A DNA stretch of 64,000 bases. Source: Vicinamibacteria bacterium. Its GTDB lineage: Bacteria > Acidobacteriota > Vicinamibacteria > Fen-336 > JAGNNV01. Below are positions 56,401 to 64,000 of this stretch, one piece after another; position 1 is the stretch's first letter, and every line of letters starts with the position of its first letter. The stretch is from the NCBI GenBank assembly GCA_031392925.1, contig JANMVV010000378.1:4766-68765 (forward strand), written 5' to 3'. Under the pieces are notes generated by a model that worked only from the letters and a program-made list of their open reading frames with translations, did no database searches and had not been told where the DNA came from. The position numbers were made by a program, and so were the translations under genes.

Positions 56401-57502
56401 AGTTCTGCTCGTCGTCGGCACGCGGCCCGAGGCCATCAAGCTCCTGCCCGTCTACCTCGCTCTGCGCGCACGGGGCGCGGATGTCGCGGTGATGACCACG
56501 GGGCAGCACAAGGAGATGGTCGAACCCCTGATGGAAGTCCTCGGATTTCCCCCGACGTTCTCACTCGCCATCGAAGACGGAGCGCCTTCGCTTGCCCAGC
56601 TTTCATCGCGCCTGCTCGCGGCCTTCGATGAACCTCTCCGGCGCCGGCGACCGGCCTGGATCGTTGTTCAGGGCGACACGACCTCGGTGGCGATGGGAGC
56701 GCTCGCGGGCTACTACCACGACATACCCGTGGCCCACGTCGAGGCCGGCCTGCGCACGGGCCGCCCACGAGAGCCCTTCCCCGAGGAACTCAATCGACAG
56801 ATCGTCGCGCGCATCGCGACCCTGCATTTCGCGCCCACCGAAAGGGCGCGCGCCAATCTTCTTCGCGAGGGCATCCTGGACGCGAATATTCACATGGTCG
56901 GCAACACCATCGTGGACGCGCTCCGGGACATTCGCGCCAGAGTCCTGCCCGGCCTCGCGGACGATGCGAACATTTCCACCATACTCAGCTCGAAACGGCC
57001 CCTCATGCTGGTTACCGCGCACCGGAGGGAAAACCAGGGCCGGGGCCTTGCCGACCTCGCGGCGACCCTCGTACGCCTCGCCAAGCAGTCGGGCGAAGGT
57101 CTTCAAATCGCTTTCCCGGTTCATCTGAATCCCGCGGCCGCGAAGCCGATCCGAGACCGCCTGAGCGGCATCCCCGGCATCCACCTCCTTCCCCCTCTGC
57201 TCTATCCCCAGTTCCTGAAACTCCTCACCCGCTCCACCCTCGTGTTGACCGACAGCGGGGGCGTCCAGGAGGAATGCGCGGTACTTGGGATACCTCTGCT
57301 GATCGCTCGAAACGTGACCGAACGCGCCGAGGCGGTGGAATGCGGCGTGGGCGAACTGGTCGGGGTGGATCCGGATTTGATATTCGAAGCGGCAACGCGC
57401 CTGCTCAAGGATGAGGGCTTGCGGGCGTCTCGATCCGTGGCGAGCGACGCGTTCGGAGATGGGCGGAGCGGCGAGCGAATCGCCGCCTGCCTCCTGCGGT
57501 GA
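56393..57502 (+). CDS. wecB: UDP-N-acetylglucosamine 2-epimerase (non-hydrolysing)
   Basis: MPEVLLVVGTRPEAIKLLPV N-terminus. HVEAGLRT and DSGGVQEE motifs. Confidence 0.85.
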   Translation: MPEVLLVVGTRPEAIKLLPVYLALRARGADVAVMTTGQHKEMVEPLMEVLGFPPTFSLAIEDGAPSLAQLSSRLLAAFDEPLRRRRPAWIVVQGDTTSVAMGALAGYYHDIPVAHVEAGLRTGRPREPFPEELNRQIVARIATLHFAPTERARANLLREGILDANIHMVGNTIVDALRDIRARVLPGLADDANISTILSSKRPLMLVTAHRRENQGRGLADLAATLVRLAKQSGEGLQIAFPVHLNPAAAKPIRDRLSGIPGIHLLPPLLYPQFLKLLTRSTLVLTDSGGVQEECAVLGIPLLIARNVTERAEAVECGVGELVGVDPDLIFEAATRLLKDEGLRASRSVASDAFGDGRSGERIAACLLR

Positions 57503-58713
57503 ACGCGAGGGCCGGCACCGTGGGATCGGAGGCAGGAGACCGGCCGCTCAGAATCGTCATGGTGGGGAATGGGTCCACGGTGCACGCCCTGGTGCGCGGA
57601 GGGGCCATCGCCTCGCTCGGACACCGCGTCCGCCTGGTGACCCTGGGGGAGGTCCTTCCCCATTCGGGAATCGAGGTCTGCACTCGTCCGCTCCCCCGCA
57701 CGCCCTTCGAAGGCTTCCGCGCGTTTCTTTCCTTCGAACGCGATCTGCGCGAGTTCCAGCCGGATCTCCTGCACGTGCACTATGCCGGGGGCAGGCTGGG
57801 CAGCCTCGCCCTCGCTTCCGGCCTTCGGCCCCTCGTGGTGACCGTGATGGGAGGAGACGTCCAACCCGAGCAACACATGGGCCGGGCCAACGCCCTCGAC
57901 CATCGAGCCACGAGGCGGCTGTTGTCTGAGGCGGATCTGCTGCTCGCCAAGTCGACGGCTCTGCGACAGGACATCGCTCGCTATGGCGACTACTCCGGCA
58001 AGACGGAAACAGTGCGGTGGGGCATCGAAACCTCGCGGTTCAAACGGAATCCCTCCAGGGCCGAGGCCCTGCGACGGAAGCTGGCCCTTTCGACCGGGCC
58101 CATCCTGCTGAGTCCACGCAGCCTGCGCCCGCTCTACAACATCCATCTGATCGTGGAGGCCATGGCGGGCATCCTGGCCTGTGCTCCCAATACGACGCTC
58201 CTTCTCAGCCGGCATCGGGAGGATCCGGAATACGCCGCGGCTCTTCGGCGCCGGGTGTCCGAGCTCGGCATCGAGGCCCGCGTTCGCTTCGTCGGACCCA
58301 TCGGCTATGACGACATGCCTGATTTTCTTTCCCTGGCCACTGTGGTCATCAGCGTTCCCTTCTCCGATGGTTTGCCTCAGACGCTGTTCGAGAGCCTGGC
58401 GAGCGAGACTCCGATCGTCCTCGGTCGTCTCCCCGCCTACGAAGAGTTGGTCCGAGACGAGGTCGAGGTCCTCATGGCCGGTCTCGATGCTTCGTCCATC
58501 GCAGCAACCGTATCGCGCCTCCTGGTCGACCCGAGCCTGTGCTCCCGCCTCCGGACCGCCGGCTTGCAGCGGGTCCTCGCGCAGGCGTCCCTCCCCGATG
58601 AGGCCCGGCGGGTGGAAGCCCTCTATCGGCGTGTTCTTACCGGACCGCGCCGACCTTCGCCGCTCGGCCCCAGAATCCTGGACGCGGCAAGCCTCGCCTG
58701 GAGGCGCGGGTAG
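57499..58713 (+). CDS. Glycosyltransferase family 4 (GT-B, GT1 superfamily)
   Basis: N-terminal RIVMVGNGSTVHAL. C-terminal EX7E-like region (FSDGLPQTLFESLASETPIV). Confidence 0.75.
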   Translation: MNARAGTVGSEAGDRPLRIVMVGNGSTVHALVRGGAIASLGHRVRLVTLGEVLPHSGIEVCTRPLPRTPFEGFRAFLSFERDLREFQPDLLHVHYAGGRLGSLALASGLRPLVVTVMGGDVQPEQHMGRANALDHRATRRLLSEADLLLAKSTALRQDIARYGDYSGKTETVRWGIETSRFKRNPSRAEALRRKLALSTGPILLSPRSLRPLYNIHLIVEAMAGILACAPNTTLLLSRHREDPEYAAALRRRVSELGIEARVRFVGPIGYDDMPDFLSLATVVISVPFSDGLPQTLFESLASETPIVLGRLPAYEELVRDEVEVLMAGLDASSIAATVSRLLVDPSLCSRLRTAGLQRVLAQASLPDEARRVEALYRRVLTGPRRPSPLGPRILDAASLAWRRG

Positions 58714-58718
58714 AGTCC

Positions 58719-60443
58719 ATGATGAATCTGCTCGGATTCGGCATCAACGATCTCGATGTCTCGTTGTTCGCGGCCATGATGCGGCTCGCCTTCACCTCGA
58801 TGGCGCTGCTCGGCGCAGGGCTGGTTGCGCGTCGTTCCGACGGCCGGCGGGTCGGCCGAGTTGTGCTCTGGGTCGGCGTCATCGGCCATGCGCTCGCCTG
58901 GCTCGCCACCATGTTCCCTCTTCCCAATGTCTACGGCGCCAATGGCAGCACGGATCGGGAGAATCATCTCGGCTGGGCCAATGTGGTGGCCCTCGGCTTT
59001 TCGCCGCTGCGTACGTTCCAGGTGGATCACCTTCACTTCGAACCACTCTGGCCTTTGCTGACCGCTCTCGCCGCCGGCTTTAACGTCGACCGGGTAGCCG
59101 TCGTCTTTCAGTGGGCGCCTCTGTTCGTGGGGCTCGCCCTGCTCTTCGCCATTCGCTTCGCCTGGATCCGTGGCATGCCTTCCGGGGCGCAGTCAGACGC
59201 CGAGGCTTCGTTCGCGGCCCTGGGCGCTCTTCTTCTCCTGTCGACTCCCGGAGATTTCTCCGGCCCCTTTCGGAATCCCTGGGCACTCACGTTCCTTCTC
59301 AAGCCGAATCACGCCCTCGGTCTGGTGCTGGTCCCGATCGCGGCGCTCTCGATCTCGCGAGCCAGGACCTGGAAGACTCGCCTTTCCGCAGGCTTCGTGC
59401 TCCAGCTCGTCGGCTGGGCGTTCGTAATTCACATGGCCCTCTTCGTGGCCGGGCTCGTCGTCTTCCTCGTTCTCTCGTGGGCGACCAAGAGGGTCGATCG
59501 GGTCGCCGATGTGGTCGATGCGGGGACGGCCATAGGCGCAAACCTCCTGATCGTGAGTCCCTACCTGGTGATGCTGGTGGTTGCGTACCCTTTCCTTCAC
59601 GGCAACGACGCGTATCGACTTTCTCCCTTCTCTGAGCGACCTCTCGAAGCGCCGCTCCGGCTGGGGGTCCTTGTGCTGTTCAGCGCCTGGGGGGCGTGGC
59701 GGACCTATGGAGAGGGGACTCGCCTGGCCCGGATCCTCGCCGGTCAGTGGCTGACCGCACACATCGTCTGGCAGGCCTTCCCGATTCTGGGCCTGTTCGG
59801 CCAGGCTCGAGAGCAGGACGAGGTCTTCTACTGGTGCCGGTTCTGGACCGGGCTCTTTGCCGGGGTTGGAATGTTCAAGGCGGCTCATTCCATTTTGGCC
59901 CGGGTCCGCGGCGGCATCGATGGCCGCGAACGCCAGATCGGACTGGCCGCCGCCGTATCACTCGCCCTCCTGCTGCCCTCCCTTCTACCCGCCTGGTGGG
60001 ATCCCCCGTTGATGGATCAGTACTTCGTAGCCGCGCGCAGGCCCCTTCCCGACTGGATCGCGGAGCCGACCCGCTTCATCAGGGACACGACACCGCGCGA
60101 GGCGGTCTTCGCCGGCGACCGAAAATACGCCCGATGGATTGCCGCATATGGCGCGCGGCGCGTCCTTCTCTCGAACTCACTCAACTACCCCAACGACGAG
60201 CCGCATCGGTCCGAGGTTGAGAGGGCCCTGTTGAGAGGCGGGGAGCCAGCGCTCCTGGCCGAAGGCCGCGATCGCTATGCGATTCAGTACGTCCTCGCCA
60301 CCTCGAGCCCGATGGAGCAGGCGCCCGACGTCACGCTCGATCTGCTCAAGTCTCGCCATCATCTCGAGACGGTGTACGACCGCCGGTTCGCAGCCCGGCG
60401 GGTGATGATCTTCAAGATCCGTCAAGAAGCCGGCAATCGATGA
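58719..60443 (+). CDS. Large polytopic membrane protein, GT-C-like (putative lipid-linked-sugar glycosyltransferase or polymerase)
   Basis: About 11-13 predicted TM helices followed by a soluble roughly 150-aa C-terminal domain. Adjacent to the GT2 polyprenyl-phosphate glycosyltransferase. Confidence 0.4.
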   Translation: MMNLLGFGINDLDVSLFAAMMRLAFTSMALLGAGLVARRSDGRRVGRVVLWVGVIGHALAWLATMFPLPNVYGANGSTDRENHLGWANVVALGFSPLRTFQVDHLHFEPLWPLLTALAAGFNVDRVAVVFQWAPLFVGLALLFAIRFAWIRGMPSGAQSDAEASFAALGALLLLSTPGDFSGPFRNPWALTFLLKPNHALGLVLVPIAALSISRARTWKTRLSAGFVLQLVGWAFVIHMALFVAGLVVFLVLSWATKRVDRVADVVDAGTAIGANLLIVSPYLVMLVVAYPFLHGNDAYRLSPFSERPLEAPLRLGVLVLFSAWGAWRTYGEGTRLARILAGQWLTAHIVWQAFPILGLFGQAREQDEVFYWCRFWTGLFAGVGMFKAAHSILARVRGGIDGRERQIGLAAAVSLALLLPSLLPAWWDPPLMDQYFVAARRPLPDWIAEPTRFIRDTTPREAVFAGDRKYARWIAAYGARRVLLSNSLNYPNDEPHRSEVERALLRGGEPALLAEGRDRYAIQYVLATSSPMEQAPDVTLDLLKSRHHLETVYDRRFAARRVMIFKIRQEAGNR

Positions 60444-61714
60444 TGGGAGGCTTTCAGTGGCCGCCAGACGTCGCGAGGATGCTGGCCGAACCTGCGGCGA
60501 TCCCGGCGCTGCGCGTGGGTTTGTTCATGTTCGCCTTCATGGCCGCGCTGGCGTGGCTCAATCGGGCTCCTCGCCTTGCCCTCCTTCTCTTGTCTTTGGG
60601 CGGCGCCCTGGGTCTTTCATACTGGCTCGGCCAGATCGTGTCACCGCTGGGTCTCGAGGGCACAACGCTCGGGAGCCAATGGGCCCAGGCCGGAGTCAAC
60701 GCCCGGGCCGAGCCTGGCCGAGGGGGTTTTGTGGTTGGAACTCGAGCCGAGTCATCTCTCCCGGCCGCTCTCTCGGCGAGCGGCCTCCCTTTGGAACTCG
60801 TACACGCGACGCCTCAGGTCTTCACCCTGCTATTCCTTGGCCTGGTGGTTCTTCTCCCCTGGTTGTTCGTCCGAACCCCGACCAACGCTGCTTTCGCGGC
60901 CGCCCTCGGTCTTGGAGGGGGACTGTGGCCGGGCATCGCCCCCTACAGTGCCGTCCTGTGTCGGCCTTCCCTTCTCATGATCACCGCGGCGGGGGTTGGA
61001 GTCGCAGCGGTTCTCGCGCGACGGCGAGAATTTCGGAGGGCCTTCAATCATTCCCGCACCGGCTGGTGCGGGGGGCTGCTTGCGGTTGCGGCCACGGACA
61101 GGGCCATGGATGGCGGCGCGGAAGCCAGCGCTCTTGGCGCCCTTGTCCTCGTGTGCATTTCAATGATCCTGGCTTCTCCCCTGCGCGCCGCCATCCGTCG
61201 GTGGTCATTTTCAGCGGAAGCGGCTCTCAGGATCGAGGCGCTTCTGCTTCTCGCCGCCTTCGCCGGAAGTGGCCTGTTCTGGTGGACTCCGACGGAGACT
61301 GTTCCCGGATTCGCGGAGTCGCGCAATGAGGGCGTCGCGCTTCGAAGGCTCCTGGACTGGGTCGCCGCGAACGTGCCTCGAAGTGGCGTGGTTCTCGCCT
61401 CGCGGTCCTACAGTATTCCCATCGCGGCGGTAGCCGGACGACGCGTTCTGTTTCCACCCCTCGACCCCGACGCCCGCGGCCTTTCGGTCCCCGAGCCCGC
61501 CCGCCGCGCGCGGCTCCTGGAATCGACGCTCAAGGGCCGACCCATCGCACGACTCGCCGCGGCCTTTTCGGTCACCGACCTCCTTCTCGGGCCGGGAGAG
61601 CCGACGCCCGTGATGACCGATGAAAACGGCGAGAACGACGCGGAACGTCTAAGCCTGGTCCTCGTCTATCAGGACTCCAAGGACTTCCGCGTCTTTCGTC
61701 TCGCAAAGAAATAG
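60440..61714 (+). CDS. Polytopic membrane protein (second GT-C-like / unknown), ATGA-coupled to upstream gene
   Basis: Multiple hydrophobic helices plus C-terminal soluble domain. Confidence 0.4.
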   Translation: MMGGFQWPPDVARMLAEPAAIPALRVGLFMFAFMAALAWLNRAPRLALLLLSLGGALGLSYWLGQIVSPLGLEGTTLGSQWAQAGVNARAEPGRGGFVVGTRAESSLPAALSASGLPLELVHATPQVFTLLFLGLVVLLPWLFVRTPTNAAFAAALGLGGGLWPGIAPYSAVLCRPSLLMITAAGVGVAAVLARRREFRRAFNHSRTGWCGGLLAVAATDRAMDGGAEASALGALVLVCISMILASPLRAAIRRWSFSAEAALRIEALLLLAAFAGSGLFWWTPTETVPGFAESRNEGVALRRLLDWVAANVPRSGVVLASRSYSIPIAAVAGRRVLFPPLDPDARGLSVPEPARRARLLESTLKGRPIARLAAAFSVTDLLLGPGEPTPVMTDENGENDAERLSLVLVYQDSKDFRVFRLAKK

Positions 61715-61735
61715 ACTCGTCCCAGGGCACTCACC

Positions 61736-62692
61736 TTGTTTCAGGAACATCGCGTCTCGGTCGTCATCCCCGCTCACAACGAAGAGCTCCTGATCGATCG
61801 CGTCATAAACGGCATCCCGTCGTTCGTCGACCACATCATCGTGGTGGACGACGCCTCCGAGGACAAGACCGCCGACCGGCTGGCCGCGCTCAAGGCGCAG
61901 CATGGCGATAGGTTGATGGTGATCAGGCATCCACAGAACCAGGGGGTCGGAGGCGCCATCGTGACCGGGTATGAGGCGGCACTCAGAATCTCCCCGGAGA
62001 AGCACCTCGTGGCCGTGATGGCGGGCGACGCACAGATGGATCCCGAGGACCTCCCCAAACTTCTCGCCCCGTGCGCGCGTGGCCAGGTTGACTATGCCAA
62101 AGGCAATCGCCTGATCACCGGCGAGGCTTGGAAACTCATCCCGCGCACCCGATACCTCGGAAACGCCGTGCTCTCTCTTCTCACCAAGATCGCCTCCGGA
62201 TACTGGCATGTGGCGGACTCGCAGACCGGCTACACCGTGGTCACCGCCGAGGCCCTTGCCGTCCTTCAGCTGCGACGGCTCTATCCCCGATACGGTTTCC
62301 CGAACCACCTCCTCGTCGAGCTCAACAACTACGACTTCCGGGTGCGGGATGTCCCGATCAAGCCCGTCTACAACGTCGGCGAAGTCTCGGGAATCCGGCT
62401 GCACAAGGTCATCCCGACCATCTCCTGGTTGCTCTTCCGGTGTTACTTCTGGAGGATGAAGGAGAAGTACATCATCCGGGACTTCCATCCACTGGTGTTC
62501 TTCCTCTCCTTCGGCTTCATGCTCACCTTCGCCGGCGGAGTGTTCGGCCTGTATCTCGCCTACCTGCGCATGTTTTTCGGAACCGTCACGGCGGTCGCGG
62601 TGATCTTCGCCGCCTTCTGCATGATCGTTGGCATCCAGAGCATCCTCTTCGCCCTCTGGATGGACATGGAGAGAAACAAAGACCTCAAGTAG
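61736..62692 (+). CDS. Glycosyltransferase family 2, polyprenyl-phosphate sugar synthase type (ArnC/GtrB/DPM1-like) with two C-terminal TM helices
   Basis: VSVVIPAHNEE...VVDDASEDKT (DxD context). Catalytic GT-A core. C-terminal TM pair (LVFFLSFGFMLTFAGGVFGLYL / AVIFAAFCMIVGIQSILFALW). Confidence 0.8.
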   Translation: MFQEHRVSVVIPAHNEELLIDRVINGIPSFVDHIIVVDDASEDKTADRLAALKAQHGDRLMVIRHPQNQGVGGAIVTGYEAALRISPEKHLVAVMAGDAQMDPEDLPKLLAPCARGQVDYAKGNRLITGEAWKLIPRTRYLGNAVLSLLTKIASGYWHVADSQTGYTVVTAEALAVLQLRRLYPRYGFPNHLLVELNNYDFRVRDVPIKPVYNVGEVSGIRLHKVIPTISWLLFRCYFWRMKEKYIIRDFHPLVFFLSFGFMLTFAGGVFGLYLAYLRMFFGTVTAVAVIFAAFCMIVGIQSILFALWMDMERNKDLK

Positions 62693-63845
62693 TGGCCCGT
62701 CGCTCCTCGAGGAGGCGGCGCGCAAGGTCGGCGTAGGCTGCGGCGACCCGCGGCAGGGCATATTCGGAGCAGGCCCGCTCGCGGGCCGCCTGGCCCAGGC
62801 GATTTCTGAGCCCGGAGTCGGCGGCAAGACCACGCAGCCCAAGAGCCAGCGCGGCCATATCTCCCCTTCGAACCAGCCAGCCAAACCGCCCCTCGAGCAC
62901 TTCGCCCGGCGCCGGCGCGGCCATTCCCGGCGCCAGGCAGTCCACGTTGCCTCCGACATACGTGGCCACGCAGGCGCATCCGGCCGCCATGGCCTCGATC
63001 AAGGCGTTGGACATCCCTTCGGCATCGGATGGAAGGGCCATGACATCGGCCTCCCTTTGGAAGAGCGTCGGATCGTCCCGATTGCCGGCAAAGGAGACCG
63101 CGATTCCAAGGCGTGAGGCGAGCTGCTCCAGGCGGCCTCTTTCCGGCCCTTCTCCGATGATCGTGAGCTCGCCTTCCACTCCGGATTGTTTCCACGCACC
63201 AAGAAGAAGGTCGACGCGCTTCTCGCGACGCAGGCCGCCGACATAGACCACGCGAAGAGCTCTATCGATGGGCCGCGGCTCCGGGGGTGGGCCCACGGCG
63301 ACGCCATTCGGAATGACGACGATCCGCGACGCCGCATAGCCCGCGGCCAGGCCCTCGGCTCGGCCGGCTTCGTTCAACGCGACCAGCGCGGAGACCCGGG
63401 TACGAAGAAAGCGATGCACGAGGGGCGAGAACATGCCCCAGGCCCGGAAATCGCTGGTCTCCCCCGTGCTCGACACGCGGAGAATGAGCGGCCAGCGGTT
63501 GCTCTTTGGAACCAGACCCGCGACCAGGGCGGGATAGAGAAGCTGTTGGACGAGAACAGGTCTCCCCGACGGGTTCGAGGCCAGATCCCGCCAGAGACGA
63601 AAAGCGAACGTGGCCCGTTCCGCCTTTCGGATGCGAAAGGGACCCCGCGCGGCAAAACCCAGACGTCGAACCGGGACGCCGGCCACGATTTCCACCACCG
63701 GATGATCCACCTCGAGCCGACGCGTCACGACCTCGGCCCGATGTCCCTGCCGCAGAAGTTCCGCCGCGAGTCTCTCGGCCTGACGTTCCGCCCCGCCCAC
63801 CAGCGGCCGAAACTGGCCGGTGACAATCAGAAGCTCTAACGCCAT
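62685..63845 (-). CDS. Glycosyltransferase family 4 (GT-B)
   Basis: GGAERQAERLAAEL N-terminal motif. C-terminal EX7E region (DAEGMSNALIEAMAAGCACV). Convergent 8-bp overlap with GT2 gene. Confidence 0.75.
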   Translation of the reverse strand: MALELLIVTGQFRPLVGGAERQAERLAAELLRQGHRAEVVTRRLEVDHPVVEIVAGVPVRRLGFAARGPFRIRKAERATFAFRLWRDLASNPSGRPVLVQQLLYPALVAGLVPKSNRWPLILRVSSTGETSDFRAWGMFSPLVHRFLRTRVSALVALNEAGRAEGLAAGYAASRIVVIPNGVAVGPPPEPRPIDRALRVVYVGGLRREKRVDLLLGAWKQSGVEGELTIIGEGPERGRLEQLASRLGIAVSFAGNRDDPTLFQREADVMALPSDAEGMSNALIEAMAAGCACVATYVGGNVDCLAPGMAAPAPGEVLEGRFGWLVRRGDMAALALGLRGLAADSGLRNRLGQAARERACSEYALPRVAAAYADLARRLLEERRATT

Positions 63846-64000
63846 GTCGGCCTCCAGCCCGCCAAATCGTTGCGGGTAATGAGCCTGAGGGCCACGCTGA
63901 ACGCCGCGACCAAGATCAGCGAAACCAAACCGAGGCCCACCGCCGCGAGCGGTCCGGTGGCGAGCGGTCTCAGCAGGAGAGCGACGCCGGACGAAGCGAT
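63843..64000 (-). CDS. Partial CDS (C-terminal about 52 aa) of a membrane protein, possibly a polysaccharide transporter/flippase. Continues beyond window end.
   Basis: Minus-strand translation ...IASSGVALLLRPLATGPLAAVGLGLVSLILVAAFSVALRLITRNDLAGWRPTWR* is hydrophobic. Its stop TAG overlaps the GT4 start. Confidence 0.3.

Noticed and set aside
1-64000. Searched by eye for CRISPR arrays (regularly spaced direct repeats), tRNA/rRNA genes, transposases/integrases, phage structural genes, toxin-antitoxin or defence-island signatures (nucleases, orphan NTPases, methyltransferases)
   Set aside because: None recognised. The only repeat structures found are the edge palindrome (14-142) and coding low-complexity repeats in the PEGA gene. 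No evidence of a mobile element or defence system in this window. tRNA absence not verified by fold-scanning.

Overview
High-GC (roughly 65-70%) bacterial chromosomal segment. The gene content (tricorn-like protease, PEGA-domain protein, CarboxypepD_reg TonB-dependent receptors, possible GWxTD-like protein) suggests an Acidobacteriota/Gemmatimonadota-like soil bacterium. The window is gene-dense, and many adjacent genes overlap by ATGA/GTGA (stop-start coupling). Most genes are core functions: thrA-like bifunctional aspartokinase/homoserine dehydrogenase, OsmC, RsgA, spermidine/putrescine ABC importer, LpxB, MTA phosphorylase, MeaB/epimerase/acyl-CoA dehydrogenase cluster, UppS-CdsA, gamma-glutamyltranspeptidase, MacAB-like efflux pump, AsnB. 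Proteolysis genes are prominent: a tricorn protease homolog, an M48 peptidase and two tandem S9 peptidases. I did not recognise any rRNA, tRNA, CRISPR array, transposase or integrase, though I did not fold-scan for tRNAs. The main accessory feature is a compact five-gene bacterial-microcompartment (BMC) shell cluster on the minus strand (about 14.36-15.83 kb). It has one canonical BMC-H hexamer gene, an internal stem-loop, three divergent BMC-P (EutN/CcmL) pentamer genes in tandem, and a translationally coupled 79-aa protein with an encapsulation-peptide-like N-terminus and a Cys3/His-rich tail. No BMC-T and no signature enzyme (aldehyde dehydrogenase, PduL, etc.) is nearby. Other points of interest: an in-frame PotC-PotD (permease plus periplasmic binding protein) fusion; an octaheme c-type cytochrome fused to TPR repeats and co-transcribed with ggt; a secreted Gly- and Tyr/Gly-rich low-complexity protein with two PEGA domains; and a surface-polysaccharide/periplasmic-glycosylation locus (AsnB-like amidotransferase, DUF354-like, WecB, GT4, GT2 ArnC/GtrB-like, two large GT-C-like membrane proteins) running to the window end. 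All functional calls rest on motif and family recognition by eye. I ran no database searches.
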